Origin: Vicinamibacteria bacterium
Lineage (GTDB): Bacteria > Acidobacteriota > Vicinamibacteria > Marinacidobacterales > Marinacidobacteraceae
Direction of reading: 5' to 3'
Length of the DNA: 64,000 nucleotides
Assembly: GCA_963668695.2 (NCBI GenBank)
Contig: CAXXLQ010000004.1
Coordinates: 3,712,001 to 3,776,000 of the forward strand
Below are positions 37,605-47,298 of this stretch, piece by piece. The position numbers and the translations under genes are program-made. The notes beneath the pieces were generated by a model that did no database searches, was not told the origin of the DNA, and saw only the letters and a program-made list of their open reading frames with translations. Numbering within the stretch: position 1 is the first letter of the stretch; each line of letters begins with the position of its first letter.

Positions 37605-40238
37605 TTAACGCGGGGCGCGCGACGCCGCGATCAGGTTGCCGAGCAGCCGGAACGCTCCCGGCACCCCCTCGGGAAGCTGCCGGTGGAGCGCATAGGCGAA
37701 GTAGGTGTAACGCCCCTCGCCCACCTCCGCGGTGAGCGCCCCGCCCCGCTGGGGGTCCTGCCCGGTGTCCTGCGTCTCGAAGAGCGCGGTGTAGGCGCCG
37801 TCCCATCCGCTCCAGAACTTGGAGCCCCGCTGCTCCACCCAGCCTTCGAGGTCGGCGGGGCCGATCCGGTGGGGCCAGCTCAGCAGCGGATGTTCCGGCG
37901 CCAGGATGGTCAGCGGGCTGTCCTCCTCGGAGACCTCCTCGGACCGGAGCGGCAGCACTCCCGGGTAGGGCGCGTGCTGGTCCGGGACCAGTTCGTTCGT
38001 GTTGTAGAGCACGACGAGGTGTCCTCCGGCCCGGGCGTAGTCGAGGAGCCGCCGGTTGGCCCGGTGGAGATCCGGCCGGACCGCGTAGGCGCGCGTCCCG
38101 GTCATCACCGCGTCGTAGCCGCTCAGATCGGAGTTCAGCAGCGCCGCTTCGTCCAGCAGGGTCACCTCGGCTCCGAGCGCCTCGATACCGGCGGGGACCT
38201 CGTCCCCCGCCCCCACCACGTAGCCCACCCGGAGACCGGCAGGAACCGCCAGCTCGACGCCCGCCACGCGCAGCGACGCCGGGCGGACCAGGTAGCGGAG
38301 CGCCAGGTCCCGGTGGGCGATGCGGGTGTAGCCGATCGCCGGCTCCGGCTCGCCCGAACCCGCGGCCACTGTCGCCGCGATCTCGTAGGCGCCCGCCGGT
38401 GCGCCTCCGGGATGGACGGTGAAGCGAACGCCTGCCTCCTCCCCGGCCCGGTCGAAGGCTACGGTGGCGTCGGCAGGTTCCGCCCGGAAGCCGTCCGGCA
38501 GGTCGAGCCCGACCCGGAACTCTCCCGCCTGGTGTCCGGTGACGACCAGATTCGCGGCAAAGGAGGCGTCGCCTTCACCGGAGGGGAAGACGGAAAATCC
38601 GGGCGCGAAGGAGGCCGACACCGGCGGCAGGATCTCCACTTCCCGCCGCTCGTAGCCGTAGGGGAGATTGGACTCGAAACGCGCCACGGGAACGCTCAGC
38701 GCCACCGGAACCGTCTCGCCGCCGTCGCCCGCGGGAACCTCCAGTTCCAGCGTCGCGGTGACCCCCGGGGGCGGGGCGCCGAGCGTCCAGTCGCCGTGGG
38801 TGCGGTAGCGGCTCTCGCCGAGCCCGGACCGCTCGACGTGCGGACGCAGCACGGGAGCGTCCGCGGCGAGGGTCACGAGAAATCGGTGCGCTCCCCCGTC
38901 TGCGTCAAAACCCGGAAGGGCCTCGACTTCGCCGGGAGCTTCGACCGAAACGCCGGTGATCCGCACCGCAGCGAGGGCTTCGGCGCCGACTTGGACCTCG
39001 ACTTGGACCTCGAACCGCTGCCCGGGGACGACGGGCCCGAAGGCGGGAGGCGGGGCGAACGGGGAATCGCCGGTCTCGGCGGCCGGCTCGCGGGCCACCG
39101 CATCCAGCCGAGTTCCGGCCGCGTAGCGGATCGCGGCGAGGAGCTGCTCCTCCTTCCGCTCGAGGTCGTGCCGCACGTCGAAGAACCCGGACGGCGAGCG
39201 CTCGGCGAGCAACTCTCTGGCTGCGACGAGCGCCTGGCCGAGCCGCGGCAGGCTCGCTTCCGGGGCGCTCCAATTGAACTCGGCGGCCACCGCCCGGAAG
39301 TGCGCGTCCAGCCGCTCCAGCACCTCGGCGAGGCGCCCTGGTACCACCGGACCGAACCGGGCGGAAAGCGAAGCCCGCTCCGGACTGAGCATGGCGAGAA
39401 GATCGTTTTCGGCGCCGGGATCTCCGTCGGCGCGGATGAGGCGGGCGGTACCTCGCCCGGTGACGGGCCGGACCACGCCGCGGGTCTGGGAACGCTGGTA
39501 GGAGAGCCCCACCGCGTTCAGCTCGGCGAACGAATGCGAAAGCCAGGGCCGCGACCCCGAGACATCAACCTCGAACTCCCCGTCCTCATCGCGTCCCCGG
39601 TGAAAGAAGGCGATCGGCAGATGCGGCCTCCGGCCCTCCCGGGTCGGGAACGCGCCCATGTCCGGGGCGCCGTCGAAACCCCGCGCCGCCATCCGCCCGG
39701 CGAACTGGTGCTGGCCGTGCCCATCCCGCGGGTCCCCGGTGAAGCGCGCCAGGATGACCATCGGCCGCTCCCGGCGGATGACTTCCACGACGTCCGCCAC
39801 CGCCGATTCCTCGTCCCACGAGCGGAGCGCTTCGTCGAGGTTCTTCGAGTAACCGTAGTCGGCAAGGGGGGTGTGGTAGATCCGGTCGAGGCCGTACCAG
39901 TTCCCGGCCGCCTCGAGTTCCGCGGCCCGGATCAGCCCGAGCCCGTCGAACAGCTCCGGACCGATGGCGTTCGCCCCCGCCTCGCCCCGGGTGATGCTGA
40001 GGAGCGCCGTGCGCACCCCGTGGCCCCGGCTCAGCAGTGCGAGCAGCGCCCCGTTCTCGTCGTCGGGATGCGCGGTGACGTGCAACACCGACCCGGTGGT
40101 CTGGAGTTTCTGGATCCAGTGCCAGGCCATCGCCGCCCGTCCCTGCCCCGGTCCGGTCGGCTGGGCAGCCGCCACACCGGCGACCGCGAGGAAGACGGAA
40201 ACCGATCCCAGACCACGAACGAAACGAAACCGCCACAT
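37605..40238 (-). CDS. Secreted PIG-L/LmbE family deacetylase with C-terminal beta-sandwich and GATase-like domains
   Basis: AHPDDE, TRGEAGAN, DYGYSK, GHGQHQ; RQLPEGVPGAFRL at the C-terminus. Confidence 0.9.
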   Translation of the reverse strand: MWRFRFVRGLGSVSVFLAVAGVAAAQPTGPGQGRAAMAWHWIQKLQTTGSVLHVTAHPDDENGALLALLSRGHGVRTALLSITRGEAGANAIGPELFDGLGLIRAAELEAAGNWYGLDRIYHTPLADYGYSKNLDEALRSWDEESAVADVVEVIRRERPMVILARFTGDPRDGHGQHQFAGRMAARGFDGAPDMGAFPTREGRRPHLPIAFFHRGRDEDGEFEVDVSGSRPWLSHSFAELNAVGLSYQRSQTRGVVRPVTGRGTARLIRADGDPGAENDLLAMLSPERASLSARFGPVVPGRLAEVLERLDAHFRAVAAEFNWSAPEASLPRLGQALVAARELLAERSPSGFFDVRHDLERKEEQLLAAIRYAAGTRLDAVAREPAAETGDSPFAPPPAFGPVVPGQRFEVQVEVQVGAEALAAVRITGVSVEAPGEVEALPGFDADGGAHRFLVTLAADAPVLRPHVERSGLGESRYRTHGDWTLGAPPPGVTATLELEVPAGDGGETVPVALSVPVARFESNLPYGYERREVEILPPVSASFAPGFSVFPSGEGDASFAANLVVTGHQAGEFRVGLDLPDGFRAEPADATVAFDRAGEEAGVRFTVHPGGAPAGAYEIAATVAAGSGEPEPAIGYTRIAHRDLALRYLVRPASLRVAGVELAVPAGLRVGYVVGAGDEVPAGIEALGAEVTLLDEAALLNSDLSGYDAVMTGTRAYAVRPDLHRANRRLLDYARAGGHLVVLYNTNELVPDQHAPYPGVLPLRSEEVSEEDSPLTILAPEHPLLSWPHRIGPADLEGWVEQRGSKFWSGWDGAYTALFETQDTGQDPQRGGALTAEVGEGRYTYFAYALHRQLPEGVPGAFRLLGNLIAASRAPR

Positions 40239-40352
40239 GGCCCGGAAGTGTAGGAGGGAAATGTCGATCCCGGCGTCACACCGCCCAACGGGTGGCGGGT
40301 ACCTCTCAAGGGAACTGTCTTTGCCGACAGTATCCGTATGGCTGAGCGGCTT

Positions 40353-41702
40353 CTAATTCCTATCCCGCCACTTCATGGCGGCAAAAATCCGTCCGCCTTC
40401 GTTGCACAACGTGAGGACATCGGCTTGGTCGAGCGGGCGGCTGTGAGAGAGCGCATTCCGCACCGGCCGAATCCGCCTAAAGGACACCATGACGTCCGCT
40501 CGATCCACAAAAATCGATGCAAAGGCCTCACTCCAATTGCGTTCTTCGCAGATTATTCCGGCAAGATCCATGAAGTCCGCATAGTGAATTGGTGCAAATA
40601 CCGGGCGACGAGCAACACGATCTTCTTCCTGCCGCTTGATCCACCGGTTTCGTATCTTCATCGGTACACGGCTGATCCAACTCTTCTCGCCCGGCACCAT
40701 TGACAACACCTCTGGCACGAAAGAACGAAGGCAGCGCTCCAACGATGTCATCCACTCCCGATACACCGGATCGGCAGTTACTTCCACGTTGGCCGATTCG
40801 ATCGGTTTGGGTAACGGCGGATCCGGCCACTGGAGTTGGATCGTGACCATTGGTATGGCCGCAGTACCCGCATGGACCGGTTCTTCTGGGCGGACGAGAG
40901 CCGTACGGATCCGAACACTCAAGTCGGCACCCGGCGCAGATGCACTGGTTGGCGTCTCCCGTGCCGGATTACGCACCCTCACGCCATCAGCCTGGATCCT
41001 CGCACTACCCCAGCCCGCGGCCACGGGAGCCGCGAACTTCCGGATCTGTTCCCCATTGTGTGCCAACCCGCGGAGGACGCCCGGGTTAATCGCCACACTT
41101 CTCGCGAACTTCTGCACCTGTACTCCGGTGTGTGTCAACCCACGAAGAACATCCGCGTTTCTCGCCACGCTCCCCGCGAACTCAGCACTCAGGCCGACCT
41201 GGATAGCCGGCACGAACGCCGCGAACCTTCGGATCTGTTCCCCAGTGTGTGCCAACCCGCGGAGGACGTCCGGGTCAATCGCCACACTTCTCGCGAACTT
41301 CTGCACCTGTACTCCGGTGTGTGTCAACCCACGAAGAACATCTGCGTTTCTCGCCAAGCGCTTCGCGAACTCGGTAGTCAGGCCGACCTGGATAGCCGAC
41401 AGGGAGGCCGCGAACTGCCGCACCTGTTCTCGAGTGCGCGCTAGTTCACGAAGAGCCTCCTCGTTATCACTCAACGACCTCGCCTGATCGGCGCTCGCGC
41501 CGACTCTAGTTGCCGATGCGGACGCATCCAACTCCTGAAAGCCTGCCAACTCTCGTGCCGCACCATGAAGAGCGCCCGCGTTGCTGATCAGCGCCCTCGC
41601 CAGATCGGCGCTCAGATTGCGGGCAATCGGCTCCTGTGGGAGCCGGGAGGAGTCCCGAGGAGCGACCGGGGCACCCGGTGACGCAGTGCTATTCGATTTC
41701 AT
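40353..41702 (-). CDS. Swt1-like HEPN domain protein with N-terminal helical repeats
   Basis: LERCLRSFV..W..YADFMDLAGII...NWSEAF..IF...RNALSH (Rx4H); 63-aa (189-bp) internal duplication; lower GC. Confidence 0.8.
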   Translation of the reverse strand: MKSNSTASPGAPVAPRDSSRLPQEPIARNLSADLARALISNAGALHGAARELAGFQELDASASATRVGASADQARSLSDNEEALRELARTREQVRQFAASLSAIQVGLTTEFAKRLARNADVLRGLTHTGVQVQKFARSVAIDPDVLRGLAHTGEQIRRFAAFVPAIQVGLSAEFAGSVARNADVLRGLTHTGVQVQKFARSVAINPGVLRGLAHNGEQIRKFAAPVAAGWGSARIQADGVRVRNPARETPTSASAPGADLSVRIRTALVRPEEPVHAGTAAIPMVTIQLQWPDPPLPKPIESANVEVTADPVYREWMTSLERCLRSFVPEVLSMVPGEKSWISRVPMKIRNRWIKRQEEDRVARRPVFAPIHYADFMDLAGIICEERNWSEAFASIFVDRADVMVSFRRIRPVRNALSHSRPLDQADVLTLCNEGGRIFAAMKWRDRN

Positions 41703-41706
41703 CCTA

Positions 41707-42921
41707 GTGTCGTGTCACATGTGATATGTCGTATTCCTGATAGCCTTGTCGTCGTCCAACGACGACGAGGAGGTTGGCATGAAACGGTACGTGGTGACTT
41801 TGGAAAAGGAGGAGCGGGAGGAACTCGCGGGGATCACGCGTAAGGGCTCACATCAGTCGCAGAAGGTGATCAACGCGCTGATTCTGCTCAACTGCGACGA
41901 GGGCGAGTTCAACGAGCACCGGGCGCGCGGGGAGGCCATTGCCGAGATCCTGCGCATCAGTGCGCGGAAGGTGGATCGCGTCAAAAAGCGTTTCGTCGAA
42001 GAGGGCATGGAGGCGGCACTCGGCGGGCGGCAGGGTCGCCGTCCCCGCTACCTGCGCAAGGCCGACGGCGAGTTCGAGGCGCGCTTGGTGGCGCTGAGCT
42101 GCGCCGAGCCTCCGCAGGGCCACTCGCAGTGGTCGCTGCGGTTGCTGGCGGATCGCGTCGTGGAGCTCGGCCACATCGACAGCGTGTCGCACGAGACGGT
42201 GCGGCGGGTTCTAAAAAAACGAACTCAAACCGTGGCGGCGGGTCGGCTGGGTGATTCCCCCACAGGGCAGCGCGGACTTCGCGGCAGCGATGGAGAAGGT
42301 TCTCGACGTCTACCGGCGTCCCTACGATGCGGCCTTTCCGGTGGTGTGTATGGACGAGACGCCCCGGCAACTGATCGGCGAGACGCGCGCACCGGTTCCG
42401 GCCGCGCCGGGGCGACCGGCGCGCGAAGACTACGAGTACCGACGCTGTGGAACCTGCAACGTGTTCATGGCGACACAACCCCTGGCCGGGCGGCGCATGA
42501 CCCAGGTGACCGCGCGACGAACCAAAACCGACTGGGCGCACTTCCTCAACGACATCGCCGCGCGCCTCCCCGGCGCCAAGAGGATCACGCTGGTGATGGA
42601 CAACCTGAACACCCACCGCCCCGGCGCCCTCTACGAAGCCTTTCCTCCGGCCGAGGCCAAGGCCCTGTGGGACCGCTTCGAGTTCGTCTACACACCCAAG
42701 CACGGCAGTTGGCTCAACGTCGCCGAGGTCGAACTCAGCGTCATGATCCGTCAGTGCCTCAACCGCCGGATCGACTCCATCGACATCCTACGCGACGAGG
42801 TCGCCGCCTGGCAGGCGTCCCGAGACCGCGTCCAGGCCAAGGTCAACTGGCAGTTCACTACCGACGACGCCCGCATCAAGCTCAAACGCCTCTATCCGAC
42901 ACTTGATGAATGACACGACAC
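41707..42921 (+). mobile_element. IS630-family insertion sequence, apparently intact
   Basis: IR GTGTCGTGTCA / TGACACGACAC with TA duplication (41705-41706, 42922-42923). Confidence 0.95.
41779..42913 (+). CDS. IS630 transposase expressed by programmed -1 frameshift
   Basis: HTH orfA, A7 run at 42213-42219 (LKK/NELKPW), DDE motifs CMDE, VMDNLNTH, WLNVAEVE. Confidence 0.92.
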
Positions 42922-43325
42922 TAGGACTGAACCACAACATATGGCGGTATGCAAGCCGTGGCACCACAACCGGTAGTAGGCCGGGCCGGCTGTGCTGGCT
43001 ACCGCATCCGTGTTCCGGCAGGGCTCGGGGCGCACGGGGTTCGGTGGGTGTTCGCCAGGAGGCGACCGGATCCGCCGCATTCCGGGCCCCTTTACTTTCG
43101 GACGACGACTTGGCGCCAGAAGATCAACGGGCCCTTCAGTGTTGGCAGTTCACCGCCCTGTCAAGGGGAGACCCGGCCGGAGGAAACGGGACTCCTGTCC
43201 GACCGGCGGTCCAGGAGAATGCAATGGGCGCGCCGAGGCTTGAACCCGGTGCTCCCGGCTCCCCGCTCGTCTGCCTACCGCGAGCAATGCTGGTCTGGAG
43301 TCGGCGGTCCCTCCCCGCTCCGCCG

Positions 43326-44396
43326 TCAGCGCTGAGGGGCTTCCCAGGCGCGGACGCGGCGGCGGGCGGCGTCGAAGAGCCGTTCGTAGTTGCCCATCCG
43401 GACCTGATGGCTCGCGGCCGGATCGAGCTCGTCGAGAAGCGGCTTCCAGACCTCAAGGGCGCCCAGATAGGCGGCAGCGTCCTTCGCCACCACCGAATCC
43501 GAACCGATGATGAACCGGTCCGGCCAGGCGTTCACGAGGGCGACCCAGGCCGCGCGCGTTTCCTCCGCCCCAACGATCTGCTCGGCCACCACGTCCCAGG
43601 ACAGATCGAAGTAGAGGTGGTCGAGGCTGTCGTCCCGCAGGATCTCCTCCAGCAGCTCGACGTAGTCGGGGGTCGGCTCGACGAAGCGGCCGATGCCGGC
43701 GTGGGCCCAGACGATCGTCGTCCCCGGATGCCGCCGGACCACCTCCACGAAGGCGTCGAGATGCGTCGGCCGCTCTCCCTCGCGCGGAAGGATCACGTCC
43801 GCGTCGTTGTGGATCAGGGTCAGGAGCCCGACCTCCCCCGCGAACTCGAGGATCCGGTCGAGTGCCGGATTACGAAGGCTCGCACCGTGCCCCACCGTCT
43901 TGGGAGACACCACCTCCTTATGGATGGAAAACTCCCCGATTCCTGAAAACACGCCCGGATAGAGGCGGAGCACCCGGCGAATGTGATCCGTCGCGTACAT
44001 GTCGGTCGGATTGAACCCGGTGATCATGGGATCGAAGCGCGCCCGCTGCTCCGCGGGCAGTGCGAGAACCGCCTCCGCCACTGTCGCATCCACGAACGGG
44101 TAGTAGTAGAGCGCCGCGTCCGAACGCAGGTAGTAGTCGGGGGCGCGGTCGCCCGACTCGAACCAGTCCCACTTCTGCTGGAGGGGAATGCCCATCAGCG
44201 CCGCGCGGCCGACCCGGTCGCCCATCAACCCGAGAAACTCGGGCAGCGCCGTCTCGCGCTGGATGTAGTCCGTGGGGTGGTAGTGGGCGTCGTAGAAACC
44301 GTTGTCCGGCGGCTGTGCCGAGGCGACGCTGGCTGACACGAACAGGGCCGCGCCAAGGAAACGGATCCGCCGAGAACCTCCGCGGGAGCGGGACAT
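43326..44396 (-). CDS. Secreted amidohydrolase-family protein
   Basis: DAHYH, GIGEFSIHKE, IHND, WAHAG, FDLSW, IGSD. Confidence 0.85.
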   Translation of the reverse strand: MSRSRGGSRRIRFLGAALFVSASVASAQPPDNGFYDAHYHPTDYIQRETALPEFLGLMGDRVGRAALMGIPLQQKWDWFESGDRAPDYYLRSDAALYYYPFVDATVAEAVLALPAEQRARFDPMITGFNPTDMYATDHIRRVLRLYPGVFSGIGEFSIHKEVVSPKTVGHGASLRNPALDRILEFAGEVGLLTLIHNDADVILPREGERPTHLDAFVEVVRRHPGTTIVWAHAGIGRFVEPTPDYVELLEEILRDDSLDHLYFDLSWDVVAEQIVGAEETRAAWVALVNAWPDRFIIGSDSVVAKDAAAYLGALEVWKPLLDELDPAASHQVRMGNYERLFDAARRRVRAWEAPQR

Positions 44397-44444
44397 CTCT
44401 GGAAGCGTACCCCCGGGCTACCGAAACGGATAGCCTTGCTTCTG

Positions 44445-45350
44445 ATGGTTTCCGAAGCACCGCGACTGCTGGTCGCCGGGGAGACTTTTGAGGATCTCAT
44501 CTTCGCCGGCCTGCCCCGGCTCCCCCGGCCCGGTGAGGAGATCCGGACGAGCGCGTTTCGTCGCACCTTCGGGGGCGGCGCGCTCATCGGGGCGGCCTGG
44601 GCGCGCTCCGAGGGGCTGGAAGTGGACATCCTGTCGGCCCTGCCCCCCCGGATTGGGCGGGTCCTCGAAGCTGAAGGCATCGGCTACCGGAATCTCCGCC
44701 GACCCAGGGAACCGCATGCGATCACGGCCTGCCTCTCATTCGGTGCGGAGCGCAGCTTCGCTACTTTCACCGGAACGAACCCGAAGCTCGAAGAGCGGAT
44801 CTACGTCAACTTGCACCGTAAGGGATCCACGGCGTCCTTCGCCGCAGTGTTCTTGGCAATGCCCCCGTGCGTCTGTCCCGCGTGGACGGAAGCGCAACGG
44901 CTGATGCGGAATGTATCCGGAAAGGCCGAGGTGTTCTGGGATTTCGGCTACGACGAAGACCTCCCGCTGCGGGAGGGCTTCGGCGACTTGTTGGCGAGCG
45001 CAGCGGGGATCTTCGTGAACCTTCAGGAGTCCCGCTTGTACGATGGCCCGGACGGCTTACTGCGCCGGGCCGCCGACGCCGGCACCCTCGTCGTTGTGAA
45101 GCGGGGCGCCGACGGCGCCGAGGCGTTCGGGCAGCCCGAAACCCGGGTCGCCGCCCCAATTCCCTTACTCGGTGTCCGCGACACCACAGGAGCCGGGGAC
45201 GCGTTCGCCGCCGGCTTTCTGGCCAGCCGGCTGCACGGTGGCACGCTGGCCGAACAGCTCACCGCGGGTAACGTCTGCGGCGCTCGCTCCGTCCAATATC
45301 TGGGCGGACTACCCGCCCGGCCGTGGTGGCGAGAACGGCGAGAAGATTGA
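44445..45350 (+). CDS. PfkB family carbohydrate kinase
   Basis: FGGGA, VVKRGADGA, DTTGAGDAFAAGF. Confidence 0.9.
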   Translation: MVSEAPRLLVAGETFEDLIFAGLPRLPRPGEEIRTSAFRRTFGGGALIGAAWARSEGLEVDILSALPPRIGRVLEAEGIGYRNLRRPREPHAITACLSFGAERSFATFTGTNPKLEERIYVNLHRKGSTASFAAVFLAMPPCVCPAWTEAQRLMRNVSGKAEVFWDFGYDEDLPLREGFGDLLASAAGIFVNLQESRLYDGPDGLLRRAADAGTLVVVKRGADGAEAFGQPETRVAAPIPLLGVRDTTGAGDAFAAGFLASRLHGGTLAEQLTAGNVCGARSVQYLGGLPARPWWRERRED

Positions 45351-46690
45351 AGGTAAGTATCCTGGGTGGCGGTGGCTCGCGTACACCCCTGCTGGCTCGC
45401 GCGCTTGCCGGAAGCCGTCTCGGAGTTCGCGAGTTGGCGCTCTATGACACGAACCGGAAACGCTTGGCGGCGATCGCTCAGGTCGTCCGGGCCATCGCTC
45501 CGAGGATCCGGCTACGCGTAACGCACGACCCGGGAGTTGCGGTGCGCGGGTGCCGATTCGTGATTGCCGCCATTCGAGCCGGCGGGCAGGAGGCGCGCTC
45601 CCACGACGAGCAGCTGTGCGTCGCGGCGCGAGTCCTCGGGCAGGAAACCGTGGGCGCGGCAGGCGCGGCGCTCGCCATGCGAAACATCCCACCCATGGTG
45701 CGCCTCGCCAGGATCATGGAGCGTGAGGCGCCCGGGGCGACTCTCATCAACTACACGAACCCGGCGGGAATGGTCACCGAGGCGCTCCTCAACGAGACCT
45801 CAATCGACGTAATCGGAATCTGCGACACACCCGCCGAACTGACCCACCGCGTTGCGGACCTGCTCTACCTCGATCGCGCCGCCTGTTCCGTGGCTTGGTC
45901 AGGGATCAACCATTTGGGGTGGCTTACCGGGCTTTACGAGGCGGATCCAACCGGTCCCCTCCCACCGGAGAACCACCTCGAAGACCTGTTCCGCGACCCG
46001 GGCCGCTTAGTGCGGGTGTACCCGAACCATCTCTTCGAGGCCTCCGAAATGGTGGGAGCAATCCCCTCGGAATACGTCTACCTACACCTCCACGCCCAGC
46101 GGGCCGTCCTTCGCACCCGCGCCGCTGGAACGACTCGGGGCGCTTCGATTCTCAGTCTGGAGGGGACGCTCTTCTCCGCGCTCGAGGCGGCCGCCGGGGA
46201 CCGACAAAGAGCCCACTCGAGCTACTGGGACTTCATCAACGCCCGTAGCGCATCGTACTTTCAGATCGAGACCCGGGGGGACGTGCGACCGGCTGGCAGG
46301 GTGCCCCGCGATCGTGGTCCTACGGGCTACGACCGCATCGGCCTCGCGGTCATGAAGGCGCTGGCCGGAGACGAACCCGTGAGAATGGTCGTTAACACCC
46401 GGAACCGTACCGCTTCCGGCGGCCTGGTGGTGCCGGAACTGCTCGGTGAGGATGTCGTCGAGGTGGCGGCCCAGGTGGGAAGCGATGGAGTCTCCGCGGT
46501 TCCCCAGCCTCCGTTACCGGTGGCGGCAGGCAACCTCCTGCGCCGGGTCAAAGAAACGGAGCGGGAGTTCGTCCGGGCAGCCCTGGCCCGGGATCCCGGG
46601 ATCGCCGCCGAAGCGCTTCGTGAACATCCGGCCGGCGGGGCGGCGGCGGCGCGCATCTTCGGCCAGCTCCAGGCGACAGGGCACGACTGA
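45347..46690 (+). CDS. GH4 NAD-dependent glycoside hydrolase (6-phospho-beta-glucosidase-like)
   Basis: ILGGGGSRTP, GQETVGAAG, INYTNPAGMVTE, GICD, GINHLGW; TTG start overlaps the pfkB stop. Confidence 0.92.
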   Translation: MKVSILGGGGSRTPLLARALAGSRLGVRELALYDTNRKRLAAIAQVVRAIAPRIRLRVTHDPGVAVRGCRFVIAAIRAGGQEARSHDEQLCVAARVLGQETVGAAGAALAMRNIPPMVRLARIMEREAPGATLINYTNPAGMVTEALLNETSIDVIGICDTPAELTHRVADLLYLDRAACSVAWSGINHLGWLTGLYEADPTGPLPPENHLEDLFRDPGRLVRVYPNHLFEASEMVGAIPSEYVYLHLHAQRAVLRTRAAGTTRGASILSLEGTLFSALEAAAGDRQRAHSSYWDFINARSASYFQIETRGDVRPAGRVPRDRGPTGYDRIGLAVMKALAGDEPVRMVVNTRNRTASGGLVVPELLGEDVVEVAAQVGSDGVSAVPQPPLPVAAGNLLRRVKETEREFVRAALARDPGIAAEALREHPAGGAAAARIFGQLQATGHD

Positions 46691-46879
46691 AAACAGGTTC
46701 GCTTCCCAGGGCGTCAACCGCGGACTCTTACCCGCATCCCCTCGGTTTCCCAATAGGCCCTCGGAGCCTCGTTCCGGCTTGCGCCCCTTCCCTCGCGAGA
46801 AGGGCGACGACAGCCTCCTCGGGAGCGGAGCCACAATGTCATCCCTCGGTTGTCGTTACCACGATCAGCAACATCAGGC

Positions 46880-47190
46880 CCAGATCGAGAATCCTGGGAT
46901 CGGGTGGCCTCTCGCGCGAACCAGCCTGCCGCGTGCTTCAGGATTTCGCGGTCCTGTCGCAGGCGGCGGATCTCGCGCTTCGCAACGCTCAGATCGGAGA
47001 CATCCGTTTCTTGTCCGCGCGGCGGGAGGTTGTCGGCAAACTCCGCTCCCGCCAGCCAGTTCCTGAATGGTCTGCGCGTTGGGTCGGAACTGCCGGGCCA
47101 GTTCCCCGGGGTGCTCCCGCTGCGCACGCGATCAATCTTTCGCCTCCGAAGTTCAACAATATTTGGAGACGCGCTTGGTCGCGATGATTG
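46880..47190 (-). pseudogene. Degenerate IS3-family OrfA (HTH transposase A) remnant
   Basis: RVRSGSTPG/ELARQF../RNWL...EIRRLRQDREILKHAAGWFARE pieces in shifting frames; resembles ORF 62905..63246. Confidence 0.65.
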
Positions 47191-47215
47191 TGATCCTCCT
47201 TTGCTCCTTCATGGG

Positions 47216-47246
47216 GCCCATCTCCCGGCGAACCCGGGAGATGGGC
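47216..47246. terminator. Strong hairpin downstream of the adhesin gene
   Basis: GCCCATCTCCCGG-CGAAC-CCGGGAGATGGGC (13-bp stem); no clear U-tract. Confidence 0.5.
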
Positions 47247-47298
47247 GATTAGGTTGCGCGACGCTACCCCAGTAGCAGATCGCCAGCTGCGCCGAGGG

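Noticed and set aside
41746-42906. Single 386-aa IS630 ORF
   Set aside because: Beyond the A7 run this frame lacks the DDE motifs, which lie in the -1 frame.
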